DNA of 64,000 bases from Vicugna vicugna (taxonomy: Eukaryota), in assembly GCA_013265495.1 (NCBI GenBank), contig MU057801.1:2696765-2760764 (forward strand), given 5' to 3'. Below the pieces are notes generated by a model. It saw only the letters and a list, made by a program, of their open reading frames with translations. It had not been told where the DNA came from and searched no databases. The position numbers and the translations under genes were made by a program. Below, piece by piece: positions 60,511 through 64,000 of the stretch (its first letter is position 1; every line of letters begins with the position of its first letter).

Positions 60511-63444
60511 ACTGAGCCCACATCAGGGCAGGCAGAGGGGCCAAGGGCCAACATCCCCAGGGGCCGCCCCAGCCAACCACAGACTATGGTTAGCGGGTGG
60601 AGACCTCAGCTTTCCCCCAGCCAGGCTCCCGAGGCCCCCATCAGGCCTGAGCCGAGTGCCTATAAAGAAAGCGGAGTCTATAGGCTGGACTGGCCCTGTC
60701 CCCACCCCGTCCCCTCCCCCAGTCCCGCTCAGGGCTCCCAGGATCACAGGATCCCAGCGACACCCCCTGCACCAAATCCTCATTCAGGTCTGCGGTGCCG
60801 AACCCAAGTCTGAATCCGGCGCCTTCGGTCTCAGCGCCCAAGCCTGGGGAACGCGGCTTGGAGACCGCGGTTACTGCTGCGCCCCCTTGCCCCCGGATCC
60901 CATGAGGCCACAGGACATCTGGGGCTGCGCCGACGCTCGGGGCCGTCTTTCCACCCACCCAGGGACCAACAGCGTCTCAGTGCAGGGAGGCGAGGGGCCC
61001 TGGGACGGTCCCGTGGGCCACGTGGTGGGGCCCCACCCCCAGTTTGCTTCGCATTCCACACCCCCTCCTCAGGAAGGCTAAGCTCCTCCCACCAGCACTG
61101 TCGCCCATCGTCCCCCACGCAGAGCCCCCAGGACCTGCTCCCCGGCCTCTGTCCCCTCCCTGCCTTGACCCCGAGCTCTGGCCACACCTCCCAGCTCCAC
61201 TCCCAGCCCCTCCCACCCCACCCCACTCTCTTTGACGAGACACTGCTGAGGCCAGACCTCGTAGGGCAGCGCCTCCACCCCACCCCCACCACTTCCCGCT
61301 TGGCTCTCGAAATCCTCCTGGGACAGCTCATCCCAGCAACGGATGCGGACAGCTGGAGGCTCTTCCCGCCCGCGCAGGGCACTCAGCGCAGACGGAGGTG
61401 CCTGCGGTCAACAGTAGTGCTGTCTCGCTCACCTGTGGCCTGGGCGCTGTCCCCTGGAGGGAGCCCGAAAGCCGGCCTGGGACTGCGGCCCTGAGACCTG
61501 CGGGCGGAGGAAGGAGATGCGGCCGGGAGGAGGGAGCGGGTTGGGGGCACAGGCCTGGGAACCGGCCACTCTGCGAGTGAGCCCCTGTATCTGGCTGGGT
61601 CCTAGTCCCTTTAAAGCCTCAGTTCCCCGCTCCCTGAATGGGGATGATAACGTCAAGGCCAAGGCTGCAGTGGGATGAGAGGCCAGCCTGGTCACTGCTG
61701 TGGTCTCATGAGGACCGCTTCCCCATCGCTGGGGCCGCTGAGGTGGAAAGCCTGCCGCTGCTGATGCCCCTTGGAGGAGGAATCTGCATGATCCAGAGAA
61801 TTTTCTTTCAGCAACAGTTGTTAGAGGCAGGAGTCCTTGCTTCTATTAAGAGAGGATTCCAGACTCTCAGGCTTGGGTGGTTCCAGAGAGAAAAGATCTA
61901 GAACATTCCTCAAGTTCCCCCAGGAGCCCCAATATCTTGATCCCACGATTCCTGGAATCTCCTTAATTGAATTGCCTGACGAATCCCGCCCCGGGGTCTC
62001 TATGCCAGTCCCCGCACCCACTCCAAGCAGGGGACACCCCGGACTGCCACCCTCAATGGTACGCGTCCAGACAGACGGCCACCCCCTTTGTGCGAAGGGA
62101 GACTGGTAACGGGCAGTCGGAGTGTCCTCTGAGAAGACAAAAGACCCGCTGGAGTGTGCAACCATTCGGGGCAGCCGCCACTCCCTCCCCAGGCGGCTGG
62201 GGCCTGCGCTGTCCGAGACCAGCTGCCACGTCCTGGGAGAAGAATGGAGCCGGCTTGTGGGCGGGACAAAAGCCACCGGCTGACCTGGCCAGCCTGCCTC
62301 GCAGGGCATCCTCGGCATCTGGGTCCCCAGGGCTGCCTCTGTTTAACTATCACAACTTCAGTCTTGGGGAGACAACAATGTTTGCAGAACTCAAATGGGC
62401 CGTGAGACTAAATTAATTCCCAAGGTGGCCAGAACCAAGATGCTAATTGGCTTGGCTAATGGCCCTTCCCCCACCAAACAGATTGCCTCATTCTTCAGGC
62501 GACTAATTATTAGCTGAAGCCATGAATAGAAAGAGATGGAAAGGACCTGTCACCTCCCGCTTAGTAAATGTTAAAGCTTTGTTCTTCGCAGGAACAGTAA
62601 AGGACCAGGGCCTGTGGTGGCGGGGGGCCAGGGATGAGGAGCTAGTCAGGGATCCCATGGGTACAGACTGGGTGGTGCTGGGGGCCGAAAGCCATGTCAT
62701 CTCAGGCCCTGACAAATTCAGGCTTTGGACAGACTGACCAAGCTCGTATAGGAGTCTGGGTTTTTACAAAGCAGGAGTGTAACGCTGACGTACACTGTCA
62801 GATTTTAAAAGTTAAAAGGTGCTTCCTACTACTTTTAACTGGTGTCCCATTATGAGGCCACATATTTACACCATAAATGAATATTTTCCACAAATTCAGA
62901 AGGGCATGACTTCACTGCACTGTATTTCAGTGTATTGAAGGCATCACTGGTTAAGTGCAAATAACTGACATCTACTGCAACTTTTCAGTCACCCATCTTC
63001 GCCCCACATCTTATGCAAAATTCCAAAGACACAGGAAGTTCACCGTGAACCCCACTGAGCCCTCACACATTCTCCAGGTCTTACACCCGTGCTGTGTCTG
63101 CCTCACCACAGATCGCTCCCTCTGTCCTCGTCAGGCCCTCGAGCTTGGCACCCAAGTTGCTGACATCCGTGTCCTTTCACCAAACACACCAGCACGTGTG
63201 TCATTAACCAGAGGTGAGCAGGGGCGGGGGGCATTTTCAGGTAAACCACATACAAGGTCACACTCGACTCCAGAGTGCCCAGTTCCAGAGCCTGGACAAA
63301 AGTGTGCAGCCCCCGGGGCCAACCTTCCCACGATGCTCAACATTTCAGCTCCTTAAAAGCTCTCTGGCCCCTTCTAGTCAACTCAGTCCCACCCCATAGG
63401 CAACAACTATTGATTTTTTTCCACCGTAGTCACAACCTACTTTT

Positions 63445-63583
63445 TTTGTTTTGTTTTGTTGAGGGGGTGGTAATTAGGCTTAATACTTTTACTTATTTAT
63501 TTGTTAATGGTGGTGCTGAGGACTGAACCCAGGACCTCGTGCATGCTAGGCACATGCTCCTCCACTGAGCTGTGCCCTCCCCC
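63445..63583 (-). mobile_element. tRNA-derived SINE (vic-1-like) with TSD
   Basis: gaacccaggacctcgtgcatgctaggcacatgctcctccactgagctgtgccctcccc. TSD caca[a/g]cctactttt at 63431-63444 and 63584-63597. Confidence 0.9.
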
Positions 63584-64000
63584 CACAGCCTACTTTTGCT
63601 ATTTGCATTTTAATATTCCTGGAACCTTGATAAATAAAAGTGGTCCAGGACTCTCTCAACTTCTGAGAGGTACAGAGGACAACCTTACTATTCTTAAAAA
63701 AAATTGCCAAACCATAAATGTGCTTTCTTGACCGTCTCCCTGAGTTTCTGTTCGCTGCTGACACTTGGACACTGAGGTCTCCAGCTGTTACTGTTCAGTT
63801 GTTTCTTCGTTCAGTTACTTCAGCTTTTTCTTCGTGTATTTGGAGTTCAGTAGCTCGTTTTGCTTCACTTGTTTTTACCTGTTTTTAGGTGTATATATAT
63901 GCTTATAATTGTCAGGTCTTCCTGACGAATTGACCCTATCATCATTCTAAAATATACATGTTTGTTTTTAGTAAAATTGTCTGAAAGTCCATTTTGTGTG

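Overview
Mammalian, visibly GC-rich genomic DNA, most likely camelid (inferred from six tRNA-derived vic-1-type SINEs). Gene order matches the ACSS1-VSX1 block known from human 20p11. Two protein-coding genes are supported, both on the minus strand. ACSS1 (mitochondrial acetyl-CoA synthetase) contributes coding exons 1-2 and continues off the left edge. VSX1 is a complete 5-exon homeobox gene (CDS 1089 nt, 362 aa, all introns GT-AG with consistent phases). The rest is introns and intergenic DNA containing CpG islands, SINEs, L1 fragments, ERV solo LTRs, old DNA transposons, a U6 retrocopy and a ~800-bp 12-mer minisatellite. Nearly all ORFs in the supplied track are spurious GC-rich or repeat ORFs. 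I cannot demonstrate a new multi-gene system. The best leads are: (i) strong AT->GC substitution bias, readable against the near-invariant U6 sequence; (ii) a VSX1 CVC domain with a 5-codon deletion and GC-saturated rewrite, plus an altered eh1 motif; (iii) a minisatellite carrying ~36 HIF-type TACGTG cores upstream of VSX1; (iv) a U6-L1 chimera and several nested or re-targeted retroinsertions. Comparisons to human proteins and repeat consensuses are from memory, not from a search.
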